From Octopus vulgaris (lineage: Eukaryota): 64,000 nucleotides of DNA. Each line of letters starts with the position of its first letter. Position 1 is the stretch's first letter. A model generated the notes under the pieces. That model was not told the DNA's origin. It saw only the letters and a program-made list of their open reading frames with translations, and searched no databases. Positions 41,630-55,357 of this stretch are shown one piece after another. The position numbers and the translations under genes are program-made. The stretch is taken from contig OX597822.1 in the NCBI GenBank assembly GCA_951406725.2, forward strand, positions 57,598,001 through 57,662,000. The letters are read 5' to 3'.

Positions 41630-42692
41630 AAGAAGAGTGTGATATGATTTGTAACAAATAGGGATTGACTCTCTTAATTGGATTGAACAATATTTCGACA
41701 GTGTTTTGTCTTCAAAATGGAAAACGCAAAAATGCAGAAATACAAAAATTCAATATATAAATGGGAATATTCTGCATTCCTTTTTAGTCAAAATGACGAC
41801 ATCGGTTTTCATAGCTGGTAACAGGAGTGGCTATGTGGTAAGAAGCTTGCTTCCCAACCACATGGTGCTGGGTTCAATCCTGCCGCATGGCACCTTGAAC
41901 AAGTGTCTTCTATAGCCTCAGGTCAACCAAAGCCTTGTGGACTTGGTAGACAGAAACTGAAAGAAGCCCATTGTATATGTGTTTGTGTCTGTCCCCTACT
42001 ACTGCTTGACAACTGGTATTGGTGCGTTTATGTCAAGAAGTTTTGTGTAAATATGATGGAATTCTCTTGTCATATTTTTCATTCTTCCAGGATGTGATAT
42101 TAATGATTCATCATCATTTAACATTTACTCTCCATGCTGGCATGGGTTGGCTGGTTTGACTGGAGCTGATAAACTGGAGAGCTGCACCATGTTCCAGTCA
42201 GAATAGGCATGGTTTCTACGGCTAGATGCTTTTCCTAATGCCAACCATTCCAGGAGTGTAATGCTTTTACATGACTCTGGCAATAACCATGACTACAATT
42301 CATGGGTAGTTCACAAATATATTTATCCTCATGTGTTCTGAGGACTAAAAGTACAGTGGAGTTGGAATATTTTCTGAGAATGCATACTTTCAGGTTCTTC
42401 CTGGAGGAATGAACAAAATGACGAGAGAATTTCGTCACATTTGCACAAAACTTTTTGAGCAAGTGTTTTCTTTCCTGCTTTCTGTTTTGTATTTTGTCTT
42501 TTCGTTTCTTTTTCCTTGTTACCAGTAATGAAAAAGGAACACGATATTTCCATTCATTTTTTTGAATTTCTGTATTTCTGCCTTTTTTTTTTTTTTTTGT
42601 TTTGAACCTGAAGACAGGCATACTGTCAAAATATTGTTCAATTCAATAAACAGTCATTCTCTATTTATTACAAATCGTATTATGCTCTTCTT
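41630..42692. mobile_element. Large degenerate inverted-repeat (fold-back/MITE) element with nested SINEs
   Basis: 41630-41820 plus 42033-42092 align with the reverse complement of 42397-42692. A family A SINE lies in the left arm and a family C SINE in the spacer. Confidence 0.75.
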
Positions 42693-43139
42693 ATTGTGTA
42701 TTTATCTTCATGAGTTATGTCAATCTTCAAGGGTGATGGGGTGGCAGAATCATAAGTGTTGAACAAAATAAAATGCTTTGCTATATATGTCTGAGTTTGT
42801 TCCTGCCAAAGTCAATTTTGCCATTCAAGTCCCAATTAAGTACAGAGGCGAATATAATTGCCTAACCTCTCCTCTCAAAACTGTTGTTCTTGTGCCTAAA
42901 TCATCATAATCTTTGTCATCATCATTATTAGGGTGAGGAGACTGGGTAAGTGACAGAAATAGGAGTGCTGTATTAGATTTTAGTCCCCATTTCTACATTT
43001 TGAATTGAAATATGATCAATTTTACCCTTCATTCCTTTGGGGGTTATATACTAGGTACCTGCAATATACTAGTTCGGTTGAAGTGACTAGGTTGTTGATC
43101 TTATACCTTAGGAATTACTGTTAGGGTAGTGGAAATGGA

Positions 43140-43350
43140 AATAATCAAGGCAATATAAAAGAAGGCTGCACTGTACCTAGTTTAATACCTTACTATTTTA
43201 AGTTCAGATCATAGGCAATGTCATTTTTCTCTCTCTCTCTCTCTATCTCTAATAATCAAGACAGTACAAAAGCTGGCTGCACTGTACCTAGTTTAAAGGC
43301 TTGCTATTTTAAGTTCAGATGATAGGCAAAATCTCTCTGATTATAATCAA
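43140..43350 (+). repeat. Tandem duplication, ~111-bp unit x2
   Basis: aataatcaag...ggctgcactgtacctagtttaa...ctattttaagttcagat.ataggcaa repeated at 43140 and 43251. Confidence 0.85.
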
Positions 43351-46300
43351 AGTTGATAACAACACTATATTACAAATCCATTAAACAGGAAAAGAATTAA
43401 GATTGATCAGTTTACAAAAAAGCTTTGTACCTTGAAGAAATGATAAGAATTAAAAAGGAGGTTATGACCTTCACTTTTTAAGCTCTATTGGATTAAGTCT
43501 AATGATAACTCATGGATGATATGAACATTCTGTTATTTTATTTATTGTATATCATAATAGGTGAACAATAGTGTTGTTGTACTTACAAGTTTCAATGGGC
43601 AAATCATAGGTCCTCTTCATTTTTTAGAGCAAAAGTAATAAAGATTGTTTTACTTAGCAGAACTGAAACCCTATTATTACACAAAAGCGCCAAATTCTTT
43701 TGTTTGTTTGCTTATGCTTACACCTTTTGGTGAAACACACACAAACAAGTTTGCACATTCATTTTTGTCTACTAAATTCCATGAACAAGGTATTGGTATT
43801 GGTAAGGTAGGGTAGATGGTTATAAGAATATATTTAAAAGTATTTTAAGTCAAATTTGAGAAATGTTAGGGCCATTACAGATAAGCTTATTTGATTATGA
43901 AAAGTATGAAGAGGTGATGAATTATAGGTTCACAGAATTCCTAGCACCATAAGCTAAAACAGTTTTTAAATATGTAGTGTTAGCTTTTGTGTATGTAGAT
44001 AAGTATTGTAAAGTTTGAGCTTCATTGTAGCTATATGTGATTTCTTTAATTAACACAAAACGCAGAAACCTCTCTCTCTCTCTCTCAAAATCAAAACCTT
44101 TCATGCAAGATGATTTAATCACATTGAGATATATATATATATAAGGAGAATTCACAAAAAAAAAAATACAAAAGACGAAGACAGGTGGTGTAGACAACAA
44201 ACAGATGTGTTAGTATAATGCTCAGGAAGTGAAAAAGTCTTTAACGTTTCAAGCCTACACTCGAAATGTTATATATATATATACCAATTTTTAAAAAGAG
44301 TAACCTGAGCTTTGATTGTGTCAGTTTGGCCTATCATTAGAAAGCATCTCTTCATTTGTTTTCTTTTTTTACGCAGAAACTTTGTCAGAGAAATTGAGAA
44401 GTTATCAGCTATGTCGTAAAGTATGATTTAATATCAAGACTCAGTAGTATAATAGTAACTAAGGTTTGTTTTGTACCACTGAAATATATCTCAGTTGTGT
44501 TTCTATAGATTTAGGGTTGGGTTAGGAAATCAGAAGAGGAGTGGCAGTTATAACATTTGTAGTCTTGTCAGATGAGTGCAGTTGAAGTTCAACTTTTAGT
44601 TGTGTGGTTTGATTCATTCATTTTTCCATGCTTACTTAGGTTAGTTGACTATGTCAAGTGAAGCATTGTTTTAAAGCTGGATACCCTTCCAGTTGCTAAC
44701 CCCTACCTGTTTTTCAAATAAGGGAGCTCTTATTCAAAGGCCCAAAGTGAATGGACGATTTGTTGTCTAGGGAACTGACAACAACAACTCTACTTGTATG
44801 TTGTAACTTTCATAGAGCTTATGCACACGTGTGTGTGACATTCTTTCAATTTCTGTCTTCCAAAGCCACCTACAAGGCATAGCTGGCCTGGTGCTAAGAC
44901 GCTTGCCCAAGGTTTTCACACAGTAAGGCTGAACCCAACACCACTTTGTTGGGATTTCTTAACCATATTGCCAGGCACATAAAGAAAAAGAAAAAAATGG
45001 ACAGAATTGATTTCTATTTAGCAAGGTGAGACACAGTAGTAATGAACTAAGGAGGGTGTTGCTGGTGCATCAGGTGCCTCTGACAGAAATGAAGCTTACC
45101 CTTTCAAGGTGTGATCGTACCTTACTGAAAGACATGACATCATGCTGTAACTGAGTAAAAAGATCATACTCAGTGGAAGCCAAGAATCTACTGTGACTGC
45201 CATAAATTCTATATTAAAAATGATATAGAATCTTTTATGTTTAAATAGCTACACTTCATAATTTACTCATATCATTCCAGATCTAGGACATTGTGACAGT
45301 CAGAACAGACATAGATTTTATTTTATTACTGTGTGTGGTGGTGGTTTTGGTATTGATTGTTTATTTTCCCAGAGCTTAGTTACCTGTTGGCTATGATCTG
45401 AAGTACTGTTTGTCCTCCCTCCCTCCCCCCTCTCTCTCTCTCATTAATTGTATTTTACTTTTGATTCCTACCAGTGGTCTGATGCTGATTCTGTCTCTCT
45501 GCTTGGTACAATATTGCTTTGCTTTATGCATGTGTGAGAGAAAGAGAGAAGTAGGGTCTGGAAACAACAGCTAGCAGTAATTAATCTTATCTAAAGTGTA
45601 AGTAATTGAATAGCTATTAGTAACTTGTTATTGTGTTGTATTGTAACAAGTGGTTGCACAAAACAACATTAGTTGCATTTCTAGCCAACTGATAGTAGTA
45701 ACCTATCTCTGTGAAGGTGTTGAGTGAAGCAGTGCATCACCAATACTCTATATAGTTGGCGTTTTCTTTAAGTAATGGATATGTCTGTTATCTTTGACCT
45801 TACGAATCAGTGATAACAGAGAAACTATAGATGTAGCTTAGCTCTGTGAAATTCGTGAGGATTATGGCTGCAACTTTCCTAATTCACACACACATGTAGA
45901 AGTGCATTATGGCAAACACACACACATAAACGTGTGTGTGTGTGCAGTAAGACTAAATGGTTAAAAAGCTCACTTTGAAAATGTGCAATCCTAGGTTCAA
46001 TCTCACTCTATGGCATCATGGGCAAATATAAATTTCTATGACCTTAGTTCAACGCATATCTTGTGAGTAAAAGTAGCATAGGAGCCTCTTGGATGGATTA
46101 CACCTGAAATTCAGAGCTACTACCTCATTACATCCTACCATGATAATTCTGCCTGAGAATTACACCAAGAGCACTTATAGACTCCAACATGGCTGTGTGG
46201 TAAGGGTAAGAAGTTTACTTCCCAACCACATGGGTCCAAATTTAGTCCTACATTGTGGCACCTTAGACAAACATCTTCTGCTATAACCCCAGGCCAAGTA

Positions 46301-47514
46301 AAGCCTTGTAAGTGGACTTGGTAATCAAAAACTGAAAGAAGCCAGTCTGTCTGTGTTTATATATGTAGAGAATTGAAGGAACTTATGCAAGAATGAATTA
46401 ATGTTGATTACAGTGGCATAAGGTCACAAATTACTTGTCAGAATATTAAAACTGAGTAATGAGTATTATTGTACTTCAAAAAACCATAGTTGTCATTCAC
46501 AAGAGAGTATGTCTTGGCAACATGTACCATGCTTTTTACTAATTGTTTTAGGTGATGCCATGTATGGTTTCAGGCTTAGTCCCATTGCATGTCATCTTGG
46601 GCAAGTGTCTTCCACTATAGCCCAGGCTGATCACAGCCTTGTGAGTGGATTTGGTAAACTGAAACTAAAAGCCTCTTGTTAATGTGTGTGTTACTGTCCC
46701 CTGCCTTGATATTGTGATAGTTGTTAAACAACTGTCACTGTTACACAAGCAATTTCCTTAATTTCCAATCACCTGTGAAACATGTTTGGTCATAGGGAAA
46801 ATATTACCCAACTTGGAAGCAGGTGAAGGTTGGTGACAGGAAGAACATCTAGCCATAGCAAATCTGCCTCAACAAATACCAACCCATGCTTGCATGGAAA
46901 AGTGGATTCTAAAATGAACCTATGTATTCGCAAGCAGACACACAAACACATTCTTCACTTTTTAATATTCTTATCACAAAGGAGCATTGAGAATGTGACA
47001 GCTGGTGGAAGAGAAGGCTCCACTAGCAACCTGGCTGGTGCTAATTTTCAATTGAGTAGACTGAAGTATCATGAAATAAAGTACCTTGCTCAAGGATCCA
47101 ACATGCCACAAAGTCAAGGAATTGAACTCATGATGCCATGAGCCAAACACCTCAACCACAGGTGCATCAATATAGAAAGATGTGGCTTGTACATAAACAG
47201 AAATATTAAGTAAAATAATAATACAGATGAACATTTAGAGACAACAAGGAATATGATCATGGATCCTTTTCACAGTTATTAGTCTTTTTTCTAAAACTTC
47301 ATCAACTATATTATCAGAAGCTTCTCCAGTTCTCCCATAGTTTTGCATTTACTCTAGTCTGCTCATGTCTCTGGGAAGGAGTTAGTATGAAGGGTGTGGA
47401 GGCATTAAAAACAATTATGTTCATGTTACTAAGATTGTAGAATGCTATATCACAGCAAGTAAGATCTTTGACCAATTTGATTGGTTACTTTAATCCACCT
47501 TAATCCTAATAATA

Positions 47515-47574
47515 CACTCACACACACACATATATATATATATATATACATATAGAAAGGAAATAGGAAAGAAA

Positions 47575-47645
<71 letters not shown>
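47515..47645. repeat. Compound (CA)n/(TA)n microsatellites
   Basis: Direct inspection. Confidence 0.9.
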
Positions 47646-47646
<1 letters not shown>

Positions 47647-50600
47647 AAATGTTGAAGTTTGCAAACAAAAGAAAAGTGTACTTGGTATTCAGTGTAGAGT
47701 ACATTGTTTAAATTGAATTTTTTTTCTTGTGACTCAGATTTTATTAACACTGAGTGGGTTCATTCAGCTATATGTGGCTTTCACAAAATAACATTTAGAA
47801 TAGGTTCAATAAAAGTTATAGCTACACTAAGAAAAATGAACATATTCTGAAGTACAGAAAGCAAGTTTGAAATCCAACAGGGGTAAAAAAAACAGTCGCC
47901 TAAAAATTACAGGGGTACAAAACTTGAAACCTGAGAAACAAATCAGTATAAATAAGCGATTTGGATATTATATGTGTGTTTGGAGTTATCAAGAATATCT
48001 CCCTATATCATAAACAGGATATAATTACATCTAGCTGTAAAGTACATTCTGTTTCATAAATCCTTTTTCTAGGTGTGTATTTGAGTGTGTGTATGTCTAT
48101 CTGAGCATATATATATATATACGGGGTGTCGTTTACATACTTGCTTTAAAAAAGAAAAAAAAAAATTTTTAACTGCCACCCCCTCCTTCCTTGTCTCCAT
48201 TTCCCCCCCTATAATCTTAATCCTTTACTTCTCCTTTTTCACAGATACTGGAATTTTATATCCACTGAGCTCTGAAAATGGTATTACAATATTGCTCAAT
48301 CTTTTCTCTTGCCTCCATCCCCTCTTTCTCTCCATCTATCTTTTCATTCGCTGTATTATGACTCCATCACATCTGCTAATTACTTTTTTTCTAACTTAAC
48401 AACTGAATCTTCCACTTTTGCCATATTTTCATCTTATCTTTTTTCTCCATTCGTTCATTCATTCATCCCATCAATAATCATTAAAGCACAAAGCAAAATG
48501 CCTTATGGTAGTTCTTCTGACTCTTCACATTCTAAGCTCAAATTCCACCAAACTCAACTTGGCCTGTCATCCTTTCAGAGTTAATAAAATAACGTGTCAG
48601 TTAATTACTAGGTTTCATGCAACAGAATGCCCCCCCCCCTTCCCTCCCACTGAAATTCCTGGTTTTGTGACTAAATTTCAAAGAATTACTGTCATCAAGG
48701 AGGCAAATGACAATCATTAGCGTGTTGGACAATATGCCTAGCAGCATTTCTTCTGGTTCTTTACATTCTGAGTTCAAATTCCAGTGGGGCTGACTTTACC
48801 TTCCATCCTTTTGGGGTTGATAAAATAAGTACCAGTTGAGTGCTGGGATCAATATAGTCAACAATCTCTTTCTCCTAAAATTGCTGGCCTCTATTATTAA
48901 CTGCTTTTTGTTATTTAGTTCCATTTCTTTACACAAGATTTTATCTGTCATATCATTCTGGGGCTCCAACAAAAGAAGTTCACTTGTGTTGATACTGTGC
49001 TAAATGCTGCCTTGATGTGTTTAGTTACATGTCTTTAAGTTCTTGAGTTCAAATCTTACTGGGTTAAATTTGCATTTCATTGTTTGTGATGAGTAGAGTT
49101 CAATGCCTCAGTAATATATTGAGAGGCAATTAAATCATCTACCACCCCTCTATTCCTCTATGGCCTTGTACCAATTATATATTACCACTACCATTTATAT
49201 TATTTAAAAACAAATTTTAATTTTCAACATGTCATTTTCCTCACTCTGACTTATAACCTTGCATGTTTTCAGTCTCTTTGTCAATAGAAACTGTCAAAAC
49301 ATTGGCTATTCCAATAATTTTTTCCCTTCATTTTAACTCCTTTCTTCTTTGTTTTGTATTAACCTTTCACCTAATCAATAACCAGCCATAATTTGCATAT
49401 TCTCTTGCATCTCTCTTTCATCTCATCTCTGCTGCTGTTGCTGGTGCTTTGTCTCATTCTCTCTATTTCTTCCCTTCTCATCCGCTCGAACAATAACGAT
49501 TAAAACAATAACATGAATGAATCATACTTAGTCCTAAATATCTATGACACCATACTTATCATTCTAACAGTGACACTAGACCATTGATTAGGGTGAGTGC
49601 AGTTAATTAAATCATCTCCAAGTATTCTGTTATTATTGACACTATCTTATTGATTCCTCCATGCAAGAATGAAAGGCAGAGTTGATCCCTATAAACTTTG
49701 AATTCAGAATGTACAGATTTTTAACAAAAATAATGGTTTTTTGGATATAGTACCATTTTAGTTTTTATCATTATTATTATTGTTAATCCTTTAGCGTTTA
49801 AACCGGCCTTATCCAGCCCAAATTTTTTGCCCGTTTTATATTCAATCTGACTTGATCTAGCCTCTCATATCTACCTTACAATATCATTGAAAAAGACAAA
49901 GAATCACTTCATTGATTATTTATCAAGGTATGAAATAATACTTGATAAATTCAAAACAATGTGAATAGATGAACATTAGATCTGACAGAGTATTCTGAAT
50001 GCTAAAGGTTTAAGGTAAGGGATTATCAATTCTAGGATATTACTGGTGATTTTTAACAGTCATAAAGGAATAAACGACCTTGGCTAGTGTAGGTGCATAG
50101 AAAGCTTAAAGAATATATAAGGTAAGGCTTTTAGAGCAGCGTTGTACTTGGTTTAGCCCTTCCCCCTCTCTGTTATTACCCAGAAACAAAAATTATTATT
50201 AAATGCATTAGTACAAGGCCTGAAATTTGTAAGGAAAAAGTATAGGTAATTGAATAAGGTCCTTTGTACATGTGTTGTTTATCTGAAGGCTTGAGTTTAA
50301 ATTCATTGCAGGTGTATTTAGTCAGTTGAGTTAACATAGCTACTGATGATCCAGATAATTAGGGAATGGTGTCTAAGATAAACCAGCATTCTGTCTACTG
50401 AGAGATTTGTCTTTTATCCACTTCATGGTAAGAAACTAAAGCTTAGCATCAGACCAAAAATGTGCCTTAGCTGAGAAAAAAAATATTTAAAGTTATTTTG
50501 TAATCAAATTTTTGGTGATAGTGTTAGTAGTAATAGCAGGAAGAAGATAACATTTTGTGGGGAGAGGAGGTACCTCTCCACCACCACCCACCACCAAAAA

Positions 50601-51994
50601 CAGATTTGATCTTAGCAAAGATCTTTGGATAAATCTTTCCAACCAGTACCAATTTAGAAAAAAAAGTAACATAGATGTGTGGAAAATTGGAAATTGTATC
50701 TTCCTTTTCTAGAAGTATAAACACTTTGGATTCAACTTTTATTGCAATCATGAGTTCTATGTTTATCAGATTTAGGTTTGATATTTGAAATAGAACACAG
50801 ATGAGAGATTATTGGAATTTGTTGCTTGTTTGTTTTTATTTGTTTTTTCCAAATTCCATTGAATTTTTTTTCCATTTGCTTTCAGCTAAGATTATAAGGT
50901 CTTACATATGAATGAATTGTCATAATAATAATAATAATAATAAGGTTGCTACTAAAAGATAGGTAATAAATATGTTTGTTAATGTGTGTATGTATATATG
51001 TATGTGTGAAAGAAAGAGTGTGTGTGTTTTGTTTTCCTGTGATTATATTGCCTTAGTTTTTCATATCAAAACAATCAAGAGCCTTTGTTATTCTTGGCAA
51101 TTATGTCTTTTAATTATTATATTAATTTGTGAATCATTCTGTAAAGGAATGGTTCATCATATTTTTTTCCCTTCTGTCTTTCTCCCTCCATCTTCCCCTT
51201 TAGTTATGTGTCTCATGTTGTGTGTATGAAGAGGTTGGAAAGATATGAGAAACTCTGAGAGAAGAAGAGTATTAAGACAATTATGATAATACCACTTAGA
51301 CAAAAACTAATAACAGATTCTATATTTAACCAGGTACTAATATTAGTTTCAAATTTTGGCACAAGGGCCAGCTATTTTGGGAAGGGGATAAGTTGATTAC
51401 ATTGGCCCTAGTGTTCAACATGCATGTATTTAATCAGCCTCAAAGGGATGAAAGGTAAAGTCAACCTCAGTGGAATTTGAACTCAGAATGTAAAGGACAG
51501 ATGAAATGCTTAGCAACATTTTACCTGCTGTGCTAACGGTTCTACCAGCTCGGTACCCTACCAAGTACTTATATTGATATGTAAATAATTGTGTACTCTG
51601 GCATATTTATTTGTAAATAGTTGGTGAAAATGCATTTAAATCTAAATATGTAGAGGGAGTGAATTCAATGATATTGTTAGAAATGTGATACAGACAAGCC
51701 AAAGAAATTTCAAATGTTGGCACTGTGACAGAATATGGATTTCTAGCATTGCCACAAGACATTTTGTGGGAGCATATATATTCAATTACAATCAGTACTT
51801 GACCAAAAAAAAACAAAAGTTGACCACAGCACTGTTTGAATTTCATTCTAAAGGAATGTAACTGAATGTTGCAAAGTAATTTTTACCAATGTTCTAGTAA
51901 TTCCTTTAATTAAATGTCCTAATAAAATGATTTCCAGCATACTATAAGCTGTGTGGTAAGAAATTTCCTTCCTGTGTTGTAAGAAGTTTCCTTC

Positions 51995-52228
51995 TACCAG
52001 CTTGCCGCTGGCAGAAACATTAGCACGCAGAGTGAAATGCTTAGCAGTATTTTGTCTGCCGTTACGTTCTGAGTTCAAATTCCACCGCAGTCGACTTTGC
52101 CTTTCATCCTTTCAGGGTTCGATAAATTAAGTACCAGTTACACACTGGGGTCAATGTAATCGACTTAATCTGTTTGTCTGTCCTTGTTTGTCCCCTCAAT
52201 GTTTAGCCCCTTGTGGACAATAAAGAAA
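51995..52228 (+). mobile_element. Family B SINE inserted into a family A SINE
   Basis: Flanked by a 15-bp duplication taagaagtttccttc (51980-51994 and 52229-52243). Confidence 0.8.
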
Positions 52229-54175
52229 TAAGAAGTTTCCTTCCCAACCACATGGTTCTGGATTCAGTTGCATTGCATAGCATCTTCAACAAGTATCTTC
52301 TGCTTTAACCCTAGACTAACTAAATCTGTAAACAGATTTGATAGACTAAAACTGAAGGGAGCCCATCTGTGTGTGTGTGTGTGTACATTACTGTCTTCTA
52401 GCCGTGACAGCACATGATTGTTATAAAAACAAGTATCACTGTCATGCAAGCTGTGTCCTTTGTTTCCAATATTCTTTGAAAACCTATCTGGTTATGGGGA
52501 AATATTACCTTACTTAGAAACAGGTGATGATTGATAACTATTTTACTGTTATCTACAGGTCTGTTTTGTGTAAGACTCAACAGAATGGCCTTGGGAATTG
52601 AAAAGTACAATTACAAAAAGTCTGAGATGGACTAAATGCTAAGTGAGCTTGTATTGCATCTCATACATTGTCATCGTTATTATACTACTAACTAAGGTGA
52701 CAAGCTGGAAAATGGTTAGCAACATTTCATCCATCTTTACACTCAAAGTTCACTTTGCTTTCCATCCTTTTGGGGTTGATAAAATAAGTATCAGTTGAAC
52801 ACTTGGGTCGATGTAATCAACTAACCCCCCTCCCCCCAAATTCCAGGTCTTGTGTCAATAGCAGAAAAGAAGGCTGCAAGCTGGCAGAATTGTTAGCACA
52901 CCAGGCAAAATGCTTAGTGGCATGTCATCTGTCTTTGTTCTGAGTTCAAATTCCACTAAGATCAACTTTTCCTTTCATTCTTTCAAAGTCAATAGGTACC
53001 AGTTGTGTACTAGGGTCAATGTAATCAACTTACCCCCTCCCTGTAAATTGCTGGTCTTGTACCTAAATTTGAAATCATAATTACATTGCTAACTTAGTGA
53101 GATACTACAGGGGCAAGTTATTGTCCATAATATTTTATTGATTTCCTTTAATTAATATTTGATTTTGAGAACAGCATGAATCTTTCAGAAACCACCTCTC
53201 TTATAGCTAAAAAATGTTATCATTCATGCTTTTGTTAAACAAAAAGTCTTTTATCTTTCTAATATCCTTTATTTGCACACTCTAGTGGAATTGGTAATGA
53301 GATTGCTTGGCAAGAATTAGATTATTATATGATTGAAATCCTGAATGTGGTATTAGTGTTTGTTTGTTTTTGTTTTCTTGAGTAGAGGGGTTATTCTTTT
53401 TCTTTGCTGTCTCAGATTGGTATTGGAATGCCTGTCATTTATATTAAAATTAAAATCACAGTTATTCCATTATCATTCTTTTAATTTGTTGCGACAAATG
53501 AAGTCACTGGATTCAGAAAGTGTGTGTGTGTTGTGGAAATTAGTAGAAACAGTAAACAACCAAGAAAGAACTGATGTTGAAAATAAGTCTCTTGTGACTG
53601 ACTGAGAAGATTAGTGTTGATAACTGAAACATAATCAGATATTTTTCTCAAACTAAAACTAAGCTAGTGTGAATTGTTAAATGCTGTTAAGACATTTTTT
53701 TATTATTTTAGAAAAAATGTATATTAATTGCTTATCCAGAACAATCACCATGTTGATAGTATCTGTCTACATGTTTTGTAATTCTGATCTAATTTTATAG
53801 GAAAAGGTCTTAATTTAGAAACTGTGATGCCACTAATCAACTTAGTTTTGTATTACCCTTTTACTGGTTTCATTCATTGACCTGTAGTCAAGCTGGGGCA
53901 CTGCCCTGAAGCATTTTTAGTCGACCACATACTTCAGTTTAGTACTTGTCATATGGATATCTATTTGTTGAGCAACTGTTATGTTATATAGAAGAATACA
54001 ATATAAACGCACACACACATATATAGGTTGTGTGCTAAGAAACTTGCTTCTCAACCACATGGTTCCGAGTTTGGTTCCAGTGTGTGGCATTTTGAGAAAG
54101 TGTCTGCTACTATAAGCCTCAGGCCAACCAAAGCCTTGTAAGTCGATTTGGTAGATGGAAACTGAAAGAAGCCCG

Positions 54176-54179
<4 letters not shown>

Positions 54180-54226
<47 letters not shown>
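54180..54226. repeat. (TA)n microsatellite at a SINE end
   Basis: Direct inspection. Similar runs near 40840-40871, 21528-21560 and 62692-62712. Confidence 0.9.
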
Positions 54227-54230
<4 letters not shown>

Positions 54231-54944
54231 TTTGTATCTTTGTGTCTCTGTTTACATTGTAAACCTCTTGGGTGCTTAAAGTGCCCCAGATCCAAAACAC
54301 CTAAGTTGTTGTGACCAATTCAGTTGAAGACACCAGTTGACTATAGGCTAAATTACACCTTTTGAAATTCACTTCCATTCTTCAGCCAAGTCCAGCTGTA
54401 ACTCTTATGTGTGAAATCCAACCCCTTGTGGTTCCAATGGAGCAACATTTTTGGCATAGAATATTCTGAGTGGAATGTAAATTACTCTATCAAACTTGCC
54501 TAGAGTTAGTAATCATGGCCAGGTTCTTCTTAAATTGGGTCATTGAACTTGAAACCACATAGCTGCAAAGTGGATTTTTTTAAACAACCAAATGCAGCCA
54601 TGCTGATGCAAGTTGCGTAAGTTTTTTTTTTCTTTTCTTTTTTTTTTATTGAAATCCACTGGTAAAAAGTACTGCCTCAGAAACCCATTATTTTAAAGTA
54701 CCAAGGAACCAAAGCTGTTTTAAGTTTGAGAAATTTTGTGTTTGTCTAACCCTTTAGCATTCAGATTACTCTGTCAAATGCAATGCATATTTATTCACAT
54801 TGCTTTGAAGCAGCAATCTTGCATCATCTTGTAACTTTTAAGATTTCAGTAATATGATTATCTACTTTTAGAATGACATTGTAGGGTTAGTGTGAAAGGT
54901 TGGATCATGCATTAAACAGGAAGAATATTTGGGCCATATATCTG

Positions 54945-55357
54945 TCCATCCATCCATCCATCTTCTCTGCTTAAGAGAATCATGGATGTAGAATCTTCAG
55001 GTACCTCCTCCATAAGATGTCATCAGAAACAACAATGATCATTAGGTTTTCTGGTTGGACTCCCAGGTGTGACCAACTGAGACTATGGGTATTATCCAAC
55101 CATCTCATTTTTTTAATCTCCTCCTAGGTCTCTTGCCTGCTGGCTCAGCTTGAAGTATCCCTCTTGGGGGTTCTTTCTTGCATCATTCTAATCACATCTG
55201 TAGTACCAGATCTGTGACTTCTTAATTTAATACAGAAAAGTAGCTGCTCAACCTGAAGTGACTCCTTGATCTCTCAGTTATGCATGCTGCTGAGTACCCC
55301 TACTTTAGACATCCTTCACAGGAACCCCATTTTGGTTATTACACAACATTCATGACC
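54945..55357 (-). mobile_element. 5'-truncated RTE-like LINE 3' end with (TGGA)n tail, inserted in a TTAA MITE
   Basis: A degenerate LINE C-terminal reading and a tccatccatcc tail interrupt the MITE between 54940 and 55358. Confidence 0.55.

Noticed and set aside
44377-44420. Possible cassette exon after ttttttacgcag (39 or 44 nt)
   Set aside because: The in-frame 39-nt form needs a weak donor (TC|gtaaag), and the 44-nt form shifts the frame. No homology support.
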